Of a DNA stretch of 64,000 nt, positions 27,473-41,553 are shown one piece after another. Numbering within the stretch: position 1 is the stretch's first letter; every line of letters begins with the position of its first letter. The notes under the pieces are model-generated. The model was not told where the DNA came from. It saw only the letters and a program-made list of their open reading frames with translations, and did no database searches. The position numbers and the translations under genes were made by a program. The DNA comes from Sphaeroforma arctica JP610 (taxonomy: Eukaryota), in the NCBI RefSeq assembly GCF_001186125.1, contig NW_014040376.1, positions 22,842-86,841 on the forward strand, read 5' to 3'.

Positions 27473-28187
27473 CCAATTTCGAATGCTGCTGAGATATAAA
27501 AGAGTCCAGTTATTCTACAGGAAGACCGTGCAGCGCGTCGACAGTAGCCCTAGCACATAATGAAGGCTCTCTCTCTCTCTCGATGTCGCGTCGGAGAGAT
27601 CGCCATGACAGAAAAACACATTTTAAAAGCAAATTGACAATCTATACCAAACTTAGTAGCGCGAAGAGTAAACAGAACTCATCATCCGAAGCGATGTAAT
27701 TTAAGATCTCAATCGACCTCCTGCTTTTCGATGCGTACTTAGCATAGGTATAGTATGAGAGTATCAGTTGTTATATGCGAGTCGTTTTTCGAACTGTCGC
27801 GACCTCGTTAAATCTAATTTTAAAGTATTGCGTGCAGAAGTGTATCGCTTAAATAAATAGTGCCGACAGCAAGTCGTATGTAATTCCATAAAAGACGTTA
27901 AAGCAATATGTTACAATGATAAGGTAATCGCTGAACATTTATTGATCATATCACTACTGATTAGCAAAGAATAGCCCACCAGAACGGTCCATTGGCACAG
28001 CAACTATCCAAATATTCAAACCAAAAACGGATGGCCTATATCTATGCAAGTAAACACATCTTCTTTTAATATATGGTCATCAAGCTTTTGATTTTCGTTC
28101 GAAACTTGCGTTGAAAATATGTACCATTTCGGGATAGTTCTTGCTCGTGACTCCAGTGACATTAATGCTTGGCCTTGAAGGGCGTTG

Positions 28188-28435
28188 CGTACTGATACGA
28201 AACGAAAGGCATTTCAACAACAATATTTGTATATCACCAGGGTTTTATATTGTATATACACTATAATATATATATATATATATATATGTATGTATATATA
28301 TCTATATATATATATATATATGTNNNNNNNNNNNNNNNNNNNNGTGTGTGTGTGTGTACGTATATATGTACGTATGTATGCACGTATGTACGCATGTATA
28401 TGTACATAAATACATACACACGCACACACACACAC

Positions 28436-28498
<63 letters not shown>

Positions 28499-28594
28499 TT
28501 ATATATATATTATAGTGTATATACAATATAAACCCTGGTGATATACAAATATTGTTGTTGAAATGCCTTTCGTTTTTCGTTTCATATCAGTACG
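28188..28594. repeat. ~80-bp inverted repeat arms enclosing a (TA)n/(CA)n microsatellite and a 20-N gap
   Basis: CGTACTGATACGAAACGAAAGGCATTTCAACAACAATATTTGTATATCACCAGGG.. is the reverse complement of ~28510-28594 with small indels. Confidence 0.85.
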
Positions 28595-29030
28595 ACACCT
28601 TGTAATGTTTTAGCTTTATCGGTGTGTGCCTATGGTACGATATATTTGATTCTTGAAAAATTCACAACTTACACGTGAAAGGGATCCACAAACTGACACA
28701 TTCTCAACAGAAGAAGAAATCTGGAATTCTGAAAACTAACCTGACCAGTTCGGGCCTTATTTAGGTTGTACAGTACGCAGTCAACCTTGCATAACCTACG
28801 GTCCTTGCGTCCTAAGATAGTATCATATGTGCATACTTGCCCCCGAATTGCATTTTATTGAAAGTATATCGGGCAATCAAGTGTATCTGTCTGCGTACAA
28901 CTTCATACGACTTGTCAGGACCAACCCATTGCAATTGGAGCTGTGCGAGGCTTGAGGCCTTCAGTGTGTTGCTTTTCAATGAATTCCAAAGTATGACTTC
29001 CATATTTACACTATTATTGTAATCTTAATG

Positions 29031-32000
29031 TCAAGCGTACTTACAAAATATGCTTGAGGTTTTGAGTGTGTTTGCTGACAGAGAATCAAGCCTTGACATA
29101 ATTGCCTGTGAAAATTAGAAGGGCAGTAGAAACAGATTTCGATGAGGCAAGATAAAAAACATCGTTGTAACGCCAAGTCCATGTCATTTGTCCACGCGAA
29201 TTCGAATACGGTGAATTTCTTTACTATCAGGTCTCAGAACTACATTTGGGATATCCCTAGACATGAAAAAAGAACAATTTGAGTTCGAAGACGAGCAAAC
29301 GGTGCCACGTATACATAATATGTAGAATATGGGTGACGATATATGCGGACAACGAACTATCAATCTAGTACGCCAGACTACCTACCACGGCCTTCGCATC
29401 CCCCAGGCGGTATCCTAAACCAAAACTGGCAGTGTTGTGCGCATAAATCACCTCAAGTCCTTCTACATTACGTTTTACTGCCAACACGCCGACTGGCTTC
29501 GCCTTCACATTCCTCAAAAATCGGCAATCTGTTATAAGGTTGCATGAAATTTATAAATATATAAAATATGGATGTATTGTCGATTATGATGACCCCAGGG
29601 TTGGGAAATATATCAAAAAGACTTGGACAAAGGTCTTCGATATATATGACTAACATTATACCGGTCACGTTGTGCTATTGAAACTTTGCAATTACCTAGC
29701 ATTTCCCTTGTGATTGTGCCGTGTAATGTTGTGGCTGGGTCGGCATCATTTTCACGCGCGAGCTGTTGCCCACAATTCAGAGCGAGCATTGATCTCTGTA
29801 TATACTCGCCTGTCCCTGATATGCTAACACCCACGCCACTCGGTTCTGACCCCCTCTCCTGGTCTTTTGATTTCTGGGGATCACTATCGGCGTAGCACCC
29901 GCATCCGTACAATGCGGCCTGTGTATGATATGTTTTAAGTCCATTACTAGACTGTACACGCGCTATGGAGACAGTGTGTGAGTTTAAGATCAGCAAGTCT
30001 ATGAAGTTGTGCAGACAAATTCATGTAGAAATGAAGCCAGTCTGCGTCTCTTGTCTAAGTGTTCTCTACGCCCACGTACTTGTGTTCTACTATTATCACT
30101 TTTTGAGGCAGCGAGAAGAGAAAAAAATAACCTTCTACGACCACATCGGCGGCAACAGGCATCGAGACTAATATTCACCTACCTCACCCACTCGACCTGG
30201 CATTTTCAACGATATGCCACCACTCGAAACTCCACTGGTGACGCTGCCATTCGAATCGCTACATATGGCTCCTACCGTATCTTGAGTGAAGTCTGTCTGT
30301 TGGTAAAATTGATATCAAACACCCACAAAATAACGTATCGACCATCATGGAAGAGACAATGTTGTCAAACATACATCAAGACAACGCAACCCTACCCATA
30401 TACCGAGCGAATGGAGGAAAATCAAATACTATTCCCGTCTAACTATGTTTTTGTGAGCCGACGCACCTAATTATAGTGATAAGGGAATCGGGCGAATTTA
30501 GATAGCAATAGATCCTAAACTCTCGAAAAGTCGTTAAATTTTTTCTTAAGTCATTCGTAAATTACTACCTCGACAATGAGGCTTGGCCGAGAATATGCCT
30601 ACACCAAACAGCAAATCAGATGCGACACTTTCCGAATCAAAGTGAACTTCACAGACACCGCTCCTTAAATATTCGATACACGTTCTCCAGAGCTCACATG
30701 GTCATACACAAATGCTATGCGTATTCCTAAAATAGAAATTCGGTGCTCGCTGTCTTTTAGCATACCCTCGCTCTTTTTGAATTCTTTGCCAAACAGTCAT
30801 CACCAGCATCGGATTGCAGGCTCGCCACCCTGGCTTCTCTCCAATCCCTTAATGTCTGCTTATTCGACTTGTACTTCTGCCTACTGCTCTCTGAGTGATG
30901 GCGGGCAATCTATTATACATGAGTGTTTCTCTATTCGTAGAGATTGACAGTACTGAAGTTTGCACGATGGGTGTACTTACGAACCTGTTTGCACACTTAC
31001 ACGACATTTAGAATGGTGCTGACAGGTTCTCGGACTTCCACTATGAATTCATCATGTATCGCAATGAAATCAGTCAATCAGCTTCACCAACCAGTCTAAT
31101 TTGATACTTCTATATATACAGAGATACAGTGAGAACCGAAGGTCGTGACAGAAAGATGTGAATCGAACACAAGAGTTGTTTGGTTGTCTCTGTAAAAACT
31201 TATACTTACATATTAACGCCTATACTCAGGCTTGAGATGGAAGATCTTTCACCTAGCTCGGAACCATGATCTGATCTCATTTCATACAAGTCCTCACTCG
31301 TAACTCACTACGCACATACACAAACGCTCGTGACAAATTGGAATCACAGGATATTACGAATGACACATGAATACTTTTAGGCTATACTTGATGATACGAA
31401 ATGTATCGTCTACTGCGCAAGGAACCAGTTGATGTCATGACAAAAGTAACTAAAACTTTAAGGAACAGGTATACAAATCAGCCTTGGCCGTCTTGATTCA
31501 TTTATGTATCGGGGCAGAACTATGTTGCACGCATACCTGTGATATGGTGACTATCGAGTTCGGCATCATACGCCAGATGCTGAGGCATGCGTTTCTTGGC
31601 GAAAGCCCTGGCTCCATCCCCACAAAGCAAGCTACGTAGGAAACGAGAGTGAACCGAATATCATCAAGATGTGTCATTGATTAGGGTACCGACAAGGCTG
31701 GTATGAAGAGCTGTTAAAAAACTATAAGTGCAATAATTCCGGCAGGGGCACGTCCAACCATCGGCGGTTTTTTACCCAATCCGAGTTGTGTATGTTTATA
31801 TAGACCGACGATAGATCCTTACACGAACGAGCACGAATGTCGTCTGGCCATATCAGTAAACGGGGCTGTATATGTACATGCGATAAGAATATGTACATGC
31901 GATAAGAATAAAGGTGGATGATCCATTACTACATACATAAGCCCAAACTTGAACACCATACTCAATATACTTTACCACATGCTGGTTATGTGACACATGC

Positions 32001-34344
32001 ATTGCATCTCGTATACTTACAGTGGAGGGATAAGACCTGCACAGCTCCCATCGGCCTGACACTTCATGACCTCATAGGCTAAGTCTATAGGATTGTCCAC
32101 GCCTATGATAAAAGAACCATATCATACAAAAATCAGACTTATGAAACTACGGTTGATGTGAGTATTTGACACCCGAGGCAGTGAGTGCAAGTCTGTGGCA
32201 TCCCACCAGGACATATTTGACATTGCTGTTATATATGCTTGAGTTTGTATGCTCTGATTATCCTCTATTAATAGTCAGTGTGAGAACCCTTCTACTTCAT
32301 AACTTAGCATTGTAGATCCTTGAAGAAATACTTTATTCAACAGCCATATCTATGGAGTTAGCCAAGCTACGGAATACTCATGCACGATAACATATAAAGT
32401 AAGCTCCCATTGCAGCATCGCAAGTGAGTGGCGGTGTCGATCAATGTGCTGATCATATCCTCAAAGACTCAAACATCTTTCAGTCGATTGAGCTATCTCA
32501 ACTACTAAAGTACGCGATATGTATGCTCGAAACGATGCTACACATAATTGCAACCAGTGTGCTTAAGCTATGATCTCATTTGGAAACACAGCCTAGCATA
32601 AACCGCATAAACTCTTATCATATTTTCACCTGGTCATATAGACCCTTCGTAGTGCAGGTGTATGAGTTGCTAGTATGGATATTTGCGCGGTAAGCAAGAC
32701 GCAAGCCAAGTTAGGGTCAAGTCAAAATGTAGCAGAGCACTATGAGCAGATTTGTATAAAGGCAATAACTCAAGTACGTATACATATACGAATGCTGCAC
32801 AAAAATTACTCGTACTGAGTGCAAATAAGCAGATGGTATACAACCCCGGTAAGCGGCAATTTCTATGGTTGCAACTATTCATATACTTTCATGCTGGCTA
32901 TTCGAATACCGATTAATACATGATTTATATATGCATGTGCATTGGAAACAAGTAGCAAAACACTATCGTGTACACCTCTAACAGCCGCTACACCGCCACT
33001 GAGTCCGTTGCTACCCTCCATGATCCCTGCATCGCATTCAACATATCCATCGGCATTCAAATTTGAACCGTAACCAGCGTTTGTGAGCGAGCTATCCTGA
33101 AGTTTCATGCGAAGACAATATGAAAACACGCCAATGGACAGTGCTAGTGGCTGGAAGTCAATCGGATACTGCGATACATTTGGTTTTATACGTGAGTGTA
33201 TACGCATGTGTTTGATTTTAAAACATATGTACTCCTCAGTATATGTATCTATAACCAAATGTGTCCGGCATATTGCGAACAATACCCGATTAATATAGCT
33301 AAACGAGAATATGAGTTCTACAGCGAAAAGTTAGGCTTGCATGATACTAAGGCACTCACACTAAAGTACTATTAAGTCGATGTAGAGTGTATATACTTCT
33401 CGCCCTTCAGAGCTACTGATGGCAAGGACTCGTAATACCTGAAAGCTGGAATGTTTTAGTGCCCCTATTAAGTTCTAACTGCTTAAATTCGCATAGACCA
33501 TGGTATTGGAGCTATGATCGGGATTGAAGTGTCTGACGCTGGAACAATATACTAACCATGTTGGCTGACGAGTATATTCCTCACATCTTACAAATCACTA
33601 TTCGCTGCACAAAAATTACTCGTACTGAGTGCAAATAAGCAGATGGTACACAACCCCGGTAAGCGGCAATTTCTATGGTTGCAACTATTCATATACTTTC
33701 ATGCTGGCTATTCGAATACCGATTAATACATGATTTATATCCTAACGAGAGTGTATCTGCTCCCATACAAGTATACATTGGAAATAAATACAGATGTGTA
33801 CCTCTATTTTTGGGCACGTAATATGATGCATATATTAATTTGATATTGGTAGAAAGAAAAGTGCGAGGGCCGGTGCACGCGACACTTGTTATCCAGTGGA
33901 AATTCAGGTACAAATGTTTGATACATTAAGATGAAATTAAACATATGTATGCAAACATACATATAAGCATGTAGAAATTCAGGTACGCAGACAAATCCAT
34001 CACCAAATCGCGGTTGTATACACATTACACTGTAGGTTGATGCGTGCAAGCTGCTATTTCTCAAGGCAAGCAAGAACAACACCTCGCAACGTACGAAACA
34101 AGGGTAAATATTCGCTACACTTATATGCTACAAGTTCTTGCGTATCCACTTAACATAAATAATACACATTCACACATACCTCTAAAACTCGTATAGCTGC
34201 ACACACACCCAGTGTGGCACTAGCGCCAGCCTTCATAGCTTCGATTGCTGCATCACTCGCCATTGTACATAATTTCTTGTACTTGGCTTCGTTCTGTGTT
34301 GAATGGTACCCGGCACCTATGTGTATGGCTACAAACGGCTGCAT
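29031..34344 (-). CDS. TASP1: Threonine aspartase 1 (taspase-1, type-2 asparaginase Ntn-hydrolase), 9 exons, ~380 aa
   Basis: Exons 34344-34180, 33096-32976, 32102-32021, 31631-31537, 30890-30766, 30296-30183, 29918-29696, 29528-29386, 29105-29031; phase-consistent. Motifs VAIHIGAGYHS, TNAGYGSNLN..VECDAGIM, autocleavage site D|TVGA, SSGGISLKMPGRVGEAALYGCG, SGTGE. The last exon is the least certain. Confidence 0.93.
32794..32930. repeat. 137-bp intronic direct repeat, copy 1 (TASP1 intron 2)
   Basis: Matches 33604-33740 with one mismatch. Confidence 0.95.
33604..33740. repeat. 137-bp intronic direct repeat, copy 2 (TASP1 intron 1)
   Basis: Matches 32794-32930 with one mismatch. Confidence 0.95.
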
Positions 34345-35105
34345 ACTGTGATAGGCTGGCTATATATGCGTAATATTGGACATGCTTGCACGCTTCTATT
34401 AAGGCTGTGGATAGAGGTGTGTAGAGTACGCTAAACCATCATGCTGTGATTTATTTAGAAGTATCTACACGAAACGTGCCAACCTTATACCCGCTGTCTG
34501 TCTCAGTCTGTCTCACAATCTCAATGAGTCATCATGAGGAAATATTACACACCCAAGTAAAACTCCCGCCAGATATAAGTTGGTCTAAATATGGCAAGAG
34601 ATAATCATCAAAATGCCATTTTTTTGGGGGTACTTTTAAATATTAAAAAGCAAAGAGCTTTTTATCAAGGCGCAGCCGAGAGTGCCGAGTTGCCGAAATG
34701 CCGACAACAACAAGTGGGATCTCAAGTCTCAGGGACTCTCCGCTCTCTGACTCTTCTCACAAATATATAATTTTTCTGAAAACAAGCCCACCTAAGTATG
34801 ACGCGTAATACATACAGCAGTATTAAAAAATAAATACATGCACATAGCGTTCAATCTGCTGGGAGTTCGGCGAACACCTCTCGTAACTATGCATGATATT
34901 ATAATATCAAGTGACACGGGTCATCGTTCAATACAAGCATAGCAAGTTGCAACCAACACGCACATTAGCATTCGATTAGTTATTTATGAGGTAGCCAAGC
35001 ACTAGCTACAAGGAATACTGACTGGAAGTTTCCGTCCATATAATAGTTACTGAAAGAATTTGATCGCAATTCACTCTTGAATAAGTCAGCCCACATTACA
35101 TCAAT
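34345..35105. promoter_or_regulatory. Putative bidirectional promoter/5' UTR region between TASP1 and MMM1
   Basis: Divergent start codons ~760 bp apart; positional inference only. Confidence 0.45.
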
Positions 35106-35551
35106 ATGCAGGTCGAATTCGTCTATGGATTCCTCTTTGGTCAATCCGTGCTGCTGTGTCTGTTCATATTTATATTTTATTACTTCTGCCTGCGGCACAA
35201 TACTACGAAGGATGGAGTTGAGATACAGAAGGCAGCGTACGTGCAGGAAATGGTAAGTCAACATCTAGACGTGTGGGTTTGTTATCAACTACTGTGAACA
35301 AATATGAGTATTTGCAGTGTAGTAAGTTGTACATCATGTAATATATACTAACTCATATAAGAATAATGAATACAACTAACTCAATCTAGTCACAAGCATG
35401 TCTAGGTAGCTCAAGACTGGTAACATTAAACATACACTCGTGCAAATATTAGCATATATCGATGCATATTTACATATATATATCGACGTGAATTTGTATA
35501 TGTGTATATATATATATGTGTGTGTGTAACATATATATATATATATATACA

Positions 35552-35598
<47 letters not shown>

Positions 35599-35608
35599 TA
35601 TATATATG

Positions 35609-35664
<56 letters not shown>

Positions 35665-35732
35665 CATATATATATACATCTACATATGTATATTTATATT
35701 TATTTATATTTGTATATGTATATATATAGATA

Positions 35733-35780
<48 letters not shown>

Positions 35781-38700
35781 GTGTTTGTAAATGTATGTAT
35801 GAATGTATGTATGTATGTATGTACGTATGCATATCTGTTTGTATATATTATAGATATGTATATTTTGTGATTAGATTTGGCACACATGCTCTAACATAAA
35901 TATCGATATTGTCATTTTTGATTTGGCACACGTGCTCTTCCATAAATACCGATATCGTCATTTTTTTTTCTTCCGAACTCTGTTGTCTGACATATCCAAG
36001 TTTACGCGGTCCCCTCCCCAACATTATAATTGTATACTATATATAAATGCAGCCCACCCTTGAGAGTATCGCAGACAGTGAACCAGAGACATGTGATTGG
36101 CTCTCGGCCGTCTTGCAGAGTGTGTACGTGTCGTTGCGCCATCGACAACTTAAGGCCTTTGTGCTGAACCGCATTAAATACGCGCTGAGCGGAGATGATC
36201 TTCCAGATTTCATCGTATGTTTGGTGCCAACGACAACTGATCTCGCAGTGTTAGTTGATTGATGTAGATGTACGTGTTCTAAGACGCCCATGTGTCCCTG
36301 GACCTGTGATGTAATCGTATAGATCGTGAAGTGCAAGGTATTTTGAGTCATGAACTTGCTTTTGGAGGTGTGAAAGAGTGTATGGCTATATATGTAACGA
36401 ACCAAGTCAAAGCATGCTGTACTGAATTCGATGGTCTAACAAATTTGATGGATTTGATCTTCTGATTACAAGTGCGTCACATTTGTCTGTCCAAATTGCA
36501 TTGCATTGCTCTCAGGGGAGCATCAGAATTGTGGATTTTACGCTGCCAACGGAGATGCCGCAACTCCGAGAGGCAGCGATCCAAGATGTCGAGGGTAGCA
36601 ACATGGTACGTTCGTGTGTGTACAGTACATGGCGTGAGTGTTGATCCTTTCCAACATATTTGTTTCTCCCTTCGATTGTTCATATAATAATCGTTGTTCT
36701 CAATGTTACGCATGTGGTTGGGGTCGGGTGGATTTTTTACCCTTTTAAATGATGAAAAGGTGAATGGTTTTGCCGGTGGCACAGTACATATTTCTACGAT
36801 GCGATGCAAATGTTGCGTTGCTGTCATTGGCATCTGTTTATCGTGCTTTTTAATATACTTTAACAAGTGTCGCCACAGACTCACAATAAGGCATTACCTA
36901 TTGTATGATTCGTATCGTCTTGTCAATTCGTTTACTGCCGTGGGTATGTCAGTAACGGGGAGCACTCATTCCTGGCCGCTTGTTCCAACATTTAAACATG
37001 AAGACATTGCTGGCGCGTGTGGGATGGGTAGGTACCATGTCTGTCTCCGTAGAAGTAGATGTCGTGCTCAACTACCCAGTTGCGAGATTTGCTGTGATGC
37101 CTTTGGCCCTGTCGGTCACATTGCAGCGCTTCGAAGGCCTGGTATGTGAAATTGCTATGGTAGACAAATCGGATAGTTATAGCTCTTGGCTACCTCTACT
37201 GCCTACGAGACGACGATTTGTTTGCGTACTTTTACCTCTATCCTGCATCCTAGGAACACTATATGCCGCGATTTAGATTCCGTAGAGGTCGACTGAGGCG
37301 TTAATCTAGAGTAACTCCAGTGTCGCTAGAATGTGTGAATGCTATCCGAAACCCTAGCACATAACCGTACACATTTTGTCATATTCATATGTCGAATTAA
37401 TCTTAACTCTTACCGTAACAATACAGTTGGCCTTACGCCGAATTCCAAGTGTGGTGTACGCATAAAATTGTCCTGTGGTACATCGTACCGCTCAGACGTA
37501 TAGATCTGTTGTTTACAACATTTCCGGATGGAAGCTTGCATCGATTCCAGCTTTCTGAAGTTAACCTACTTGCCAGACTTCAATTATTACCATTTGTAGA
37601 GTTATCAATTCTATCGACATTGAAAGCTTGACTGAAATTAAAGTAGAAATTGGTGTACTGATTACATCTGCGATTTTGCAGGAGCTTTTCTTTTTGTTTT
37701 TTTGTTTTTGCCTTTTTGGACGCTATTGACCAACAGCAACCCTAATAACATACAGATGCGAATATTCTTGCCCGGGCAAATTGGAACAGACATGTCCGTG
37801 TGCTTCGATGGCGATCCAATTCTAGACTTCCAGCTCGGCACTGTAATAGGTGCCGCTACCAGAGTCCACGACCCGCCAAAACTTCTGGAGGTGTGTGAGG
37901 GCAGCGTTATCTGTATTCAATTTTCAATGGATCGATATATGCAGAGGCATGTCAAGAACAGTAGTATATCCAGCGTTGATGCACCCCATTGGTGCAATAC
38001 TTAGCTGTGCTTACGGTGTCAGAGAGTTCTCATTGTGGGCTTGTGCGCGGCATCTTTGCATTCGCAAGCTGCTTATGTAGTATGGCTATCATCAGTGTGC
38101 GTATATATAGAGCAGTTTCATTACTTGTGTGTACAAATCGGTTATGAGGTGGCGGTGGAAACCAATGCATGTGTGTTGCTGTATGAAAGGCTCAGTTTTA
38201 TCGTATTCAATGCTGAGTTTTCGTATACCCTCACCATGTGCAGTATGTAACGGTATTGATGTATGGTACTTTTTAGAGTTTTGGATCTTCGTCACACAAG
38301 AATACGTCAAATTTAAACGATTCAATCAGATCGCTCCAAAACTTCGGCATAAGTATAACATTTTATCCCTATTGACATTTATGTTAAACTTTTATTCCTG
38401 ATGCGTTAAACGTTAAGCATATAACGTGTCGAAAATATATGAATCGATGTGGCACGTTCATTATCTTTGCGTTTTTCGTTTTAAACACTGAACGTCCGTT
38501 GTGGTTCATGATGACAATGACAGATACACTGCTGGCTAAACGTGTTTCAATACCTATTGAAACTTGTACGGATACGTACTCGGAAGTATGTACAGTGTAC
38601 TGTACTAATGAGTATACATACACGACACAATATAGTCGGTCAGTGGTGGTCGCATCAAGCACCCAGCTCCGGGTTTGGTAGGGTGCCGGGCTACGGGCGG

Positions 38701-40160
38701 CACTGTTTCGATCTAACACAATCAACAGTAAAATGGAAAGTCCATTCCAAACCAATACACCGCGATAAAACTTTTCTTCTTCAAACAGTATCCAACTGTG
38801 CATTGCATAATATTTAGTATAAAGTTGAGGTGCCTCTCCGTTCTAGAACGCAAAGCCTTTGGCATGGAGTGTGTTGTCAATTGTTTCATTTTTGTATTGC
38901 ACAGCTTTTCATTGCGAACGGAGTACCTTGCACTAGTTGGTTAGAAGCCTCCTCTATGCGTGTGCATGTGATCTGAATTTAAGAACTTTGCGCTTTGTTG
39001 TTACGCGTTCACGTGCTTAGATCGTCGTCGGCCGCGTACATCGTACCATCCATGACAAACTCGTGAGTCCGAACTCACTCTCCTTCGCTATACCGGCGGA
39101 CATACTGACAAGCAATTTTGCGGCCCCGCCACCAAGTACCCCTGCGGCTACAAAGTCGCAAGGTTTGAGTTCGGGTCCATCGGTCACTGCCTCGCACTCC
39201 AAATCAGAAAGGTAAGTGCATATCTCAAGCAGTTGAAGGCGTATAGCTCTCTTTGTGGAGCTAGTAGACACTACTTGTATAATGTTTGTATGTCGCTGTT
39301 CATCGCCTTCGCTGTTAACGCAGTTCGCGAGCGTCTGGCGATTCCGTAGAATCCCTGCATATACCAATACGTACCGTATATGTTTGGCTTATGCGTGCTA
39401 TTTAAATAAATCGCTTTTGTGGGGGATTTAATTGTGCTCCACAGTATGAAGCTGTATTTAAGCAATACACAGTCGCCTTGATATGTGCTATGTGGAGGAC
39501 TTATTGGTTTCTGCGCAACTCATTCGTCATGTTGTAATCGATACATATGTTTCGTTTTTCTTTCAACGTATGGTGTGACGTGTGAATTATCATGGTGGAT
39601 AGGGCGATTTGTCAAAATGAGTGTTAAATTTTTAACCCAAATGTGGAATGGACACTAACCTATGTATGTAGTGCACGAAGATGTGCGTTTATCATACAGC
39701 TCCTATTGCATCCCATAGGCACTGATAAAGTTTGATGTTGGTCTCCAATTGAGTGCATGCCGCAATGATGCACAGTGTCGTGAGTTTAAATGTGCATCTA
39801 TTGGTTTGAGCAGGATTACTGATGATGTGATAACTACGATATAGAGATGTATTCGCAAACTCTCAGGTATAAAATAATTACATATTAAATCAAATTTCAC
39901 TCATGTATAACACATGATCAATTTTCGATTTTCACCGCACTGGTAGTTTAAGCCGCAACTCGAGCTACAGTAGGAAGGGACAGCTAAGGCAATTCACTCC
40001 GGTGAGTCAACGCGTCCCAAATAGAGCACAGACGCTAGGGACCGAAGAGGTGATTTTCGATGAGGACAACGTCGCATTCCACTCCCCCGCTGCACCGAGG
40101 CAACGGAATGACAATGTAAACACTGAAGTGAGGTATCGACGACTTAATAAAGGGAGCTAG
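35106..40160 (+). CDS. MMM1: ERMES subunit Mmm1-like SMP-domain lipid-transfer protein, 7 exons, ~358 aa
   Basis: Exons 35106-35252, 36053-36214, 36516-36605, 37004-37141, 37756-37890, 39021-39211, 39947-40160; phase-consistent. N-terminal TM helix ([23 protein letters not shown]), [33 protein letters not shown] (cf. fungal LNYPKP..LPVALAVSVVRFSG), [17 protein letters not shown]. Confidence 0.85.
35490..35830. repeat. (TA)n/(TGTA)n microsatellite in MMM1 intron 1
   Basis: Direct inspection. Confidence 0.95.
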
Positions 40161-41471
40161 CTTATTGTATGGTGTGGTGCTGATAATCATGTCGAGATTT
40201 GAATATACAGTATATCAAGTGGTGTGCAGTATACATGCTGAGTATTTGATTTTGAGTCTATTTGATCGTATCTAGCTCAATTGTAGCTTGCCTGCAACGT
40301 AACTCGTTGTCCCAAAAAAATGACTTGCATTTCATGTGTAACTGAAGTTATGCTGTAAATACTGTGCGTTGATTGTTGATACAAAATACGCCGTGCCAGT
40401 CCGGTACTCGAGTCGCAGATAAGCGACCTTGTCGTCTTTGAGGATTAGCCCAGGTTTCCAAGCGGCCACATAGTTTCCATTTTCTAGTTGCACATGACGG
40501 TGTGGCATCAATTTGCACTGGCGAACGAGTCTGAGGTACCCTCGTCTCAATGAATAAAGCATTCTATCGATATAGTGCGATGCGTGCACTAAGATTACCC
40601 GAAACGCTATTTACGAACAAGGCGGTGCTAATCGTGTATACTGTGATTGTATTAAACTGGTCCTCGTGATAACAATAGTTTTCTTGGTTATGCTTTCTGC
40701 GAACACTACTGGTGATCAATGAAAGTGCAACCCGATGTCATAGACTATCTTAACTAAGTGGCACAATTGTATTCTCTGCGCTACATTGCTGTACATACGT
40801 AATATGAACCTTTCTCCATATGAAAGCAGACCTCCCACGGCCGGTGGGTGACCTTGCCTCGCTGAGCTTGCTTATTGTGCCTAGAAATATGGCGAAGCCC
40901 TGTACCGAATGCACTAGCGGCTATGCTTGCACACCTCATAGTAAGTCTTTGCCTATCAGTGACCCTATTCCCGGCCGATAATATTGTCTACTTATTGGTG
41001 ATAGGTTCCCTTACGAGTTTACACGTGAATTCCTCTCAAAATGTTGTATTGCAGAGAGCTATTCATCGCCGATAAACTGTATTGATCATGAATGTGTCTG
41101 TTTTGAGAGCTATATATAGATATAAATAAAAGATCACCTGAGTAAATTGAGAGGAGCGAAGAGCCCGGAGCGATTCATCTTTGTCGGGAGTATCAGACAT
41201 GCCACGAAATATCATTCTTTACTCTGGATTGTGAAGTCTACATTTTAAGTTTGATAAATAACTTGAACGTCGTGCAATGCTTAGACAGTACCTAGGACCC
41301 GCCATACTACTTGTATGGAGAGTACTAGAGATAAGCAAAGGAGACCTGGATTCTCCATACTACTCGTACAAAGGGTACTCGAGCGAAACAAAGGTTTAGA
41401 CCTCGGTAATCATTATCAGAATACATTGCCATTGCGAAATTGGTGTCACTCCAACTAATTAAAAATTTCAA

Positions 41472-41553
41472 TTGGCGCACAAGGACTCGAACCTTGGAGG
41501 TGGGACACCATATGATTTCTAATCATACCCTTTAACCGCTCAGGCATGCGCCA
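41472..41553 (-). tRNA. tRNA-Ser(AGA), 82 nt, long variable arm
   Basis: Cloverleaf: acceptor TGGCGCA/TGCGCCA, anticodon arm TATGA-TTAGAAA-TCATA, variable arm GGTG-TCC-CACC, T arm CAAGG-TTCGAGT-CCTTG; T5 terminator downstream. Confidence 0.93.

Noticed and set aside
35426..35899. YIYI/CVCV-type ORFs here and near 28.2-28.5 kb and 61.2-62.1 kb
   Set aside because: Translations of dinucleotide microsatellites.
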